From Negaprion brevirostris (taxonomy: Eukaryota), in the NCBI GenBank assembly GCA_030324005.1, contig JARDVH010000149.1:21186697-21250696 (forward strand): DNA of 64,000 nt. The letters are read 5' to 3'. Under the pieces are notes generated by a model, which was not told the DNA's origin, did not search any database, and was given only the letters and a program-made list of their open reading frames with translations. Below, piece after piece: positions 63,923-64,000 of this stretch; position 1 is the first letter of the stretch, and the number at the start of each line of letters is the position of its first letter. Position numbers and translations under genes: made by a program.

Positions 63923-64000
63923 TGAGTAAATAATCGGTGGCATACAGGGTGACAGGTAGCATTCAGTTTCCAAGATGGGCACCACAATACAAAGATGTGT

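Noticed and set aside
25233-64000. Next DENND1A exon (expected YLPWFEVFYKLLN...)
   Set aside because: Not found by eye; ctacctggttgaaa at about 57681 does not translate to it. It probably lies beyond the window, although the N gaps cannot be inspected.

Overview
This is eukaryotic genomic DNA, not a prokaryotic locus. It is most likely from a shark or other elasmobranch, judging from HE1/V-SINE, DeuSINE (SacSINE1-like), CR1, L2, Rex1, RTE, Penelope-like and Gypsy repeats. The whole window lies inside the DENND1A (connecdenn 1) gene on the + strand. Two coding exons are present, 9887-9936 (50 nt) and 25113-25232 (120 nt), which splice in frame to EVLQTLTKFCFPFYVDSLTVSQVGQNFTFVLTDIDSKQRFGFCRLSSGAKTCFCIL(S). 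Everything else is intron: decayed and often nested transposons alternating with kilobase-scale repeat-free AT-rich tracts rich in homeodomain, SOX and E-box motifs. These tracts are candidate conserved enhancers of the DENND1A-LHX2 regulatory block. The most notable observations are: five Penelope-like termini carrying decayed minimal hammerhead-ribozyme cores, one in an inverted GIY-YIG-bearing insertion; a decayed KRBA2/SCAND3-like integrase zinc-finger element with candidate inverted termini; a four-level nested retroelement cluster; two internally deleted Gypsy elements; and candidate AG|GT recursive or poison-exon splice sites upstream of the 50-nt exon. Nearly all ORFs in the supplied track are spurious or transposon fragments. 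Repeat family names come from recalled consensus sequences, not searches, and repeat boundaries are approximate. I cannot claim a proven novel biological system from sequence alone.
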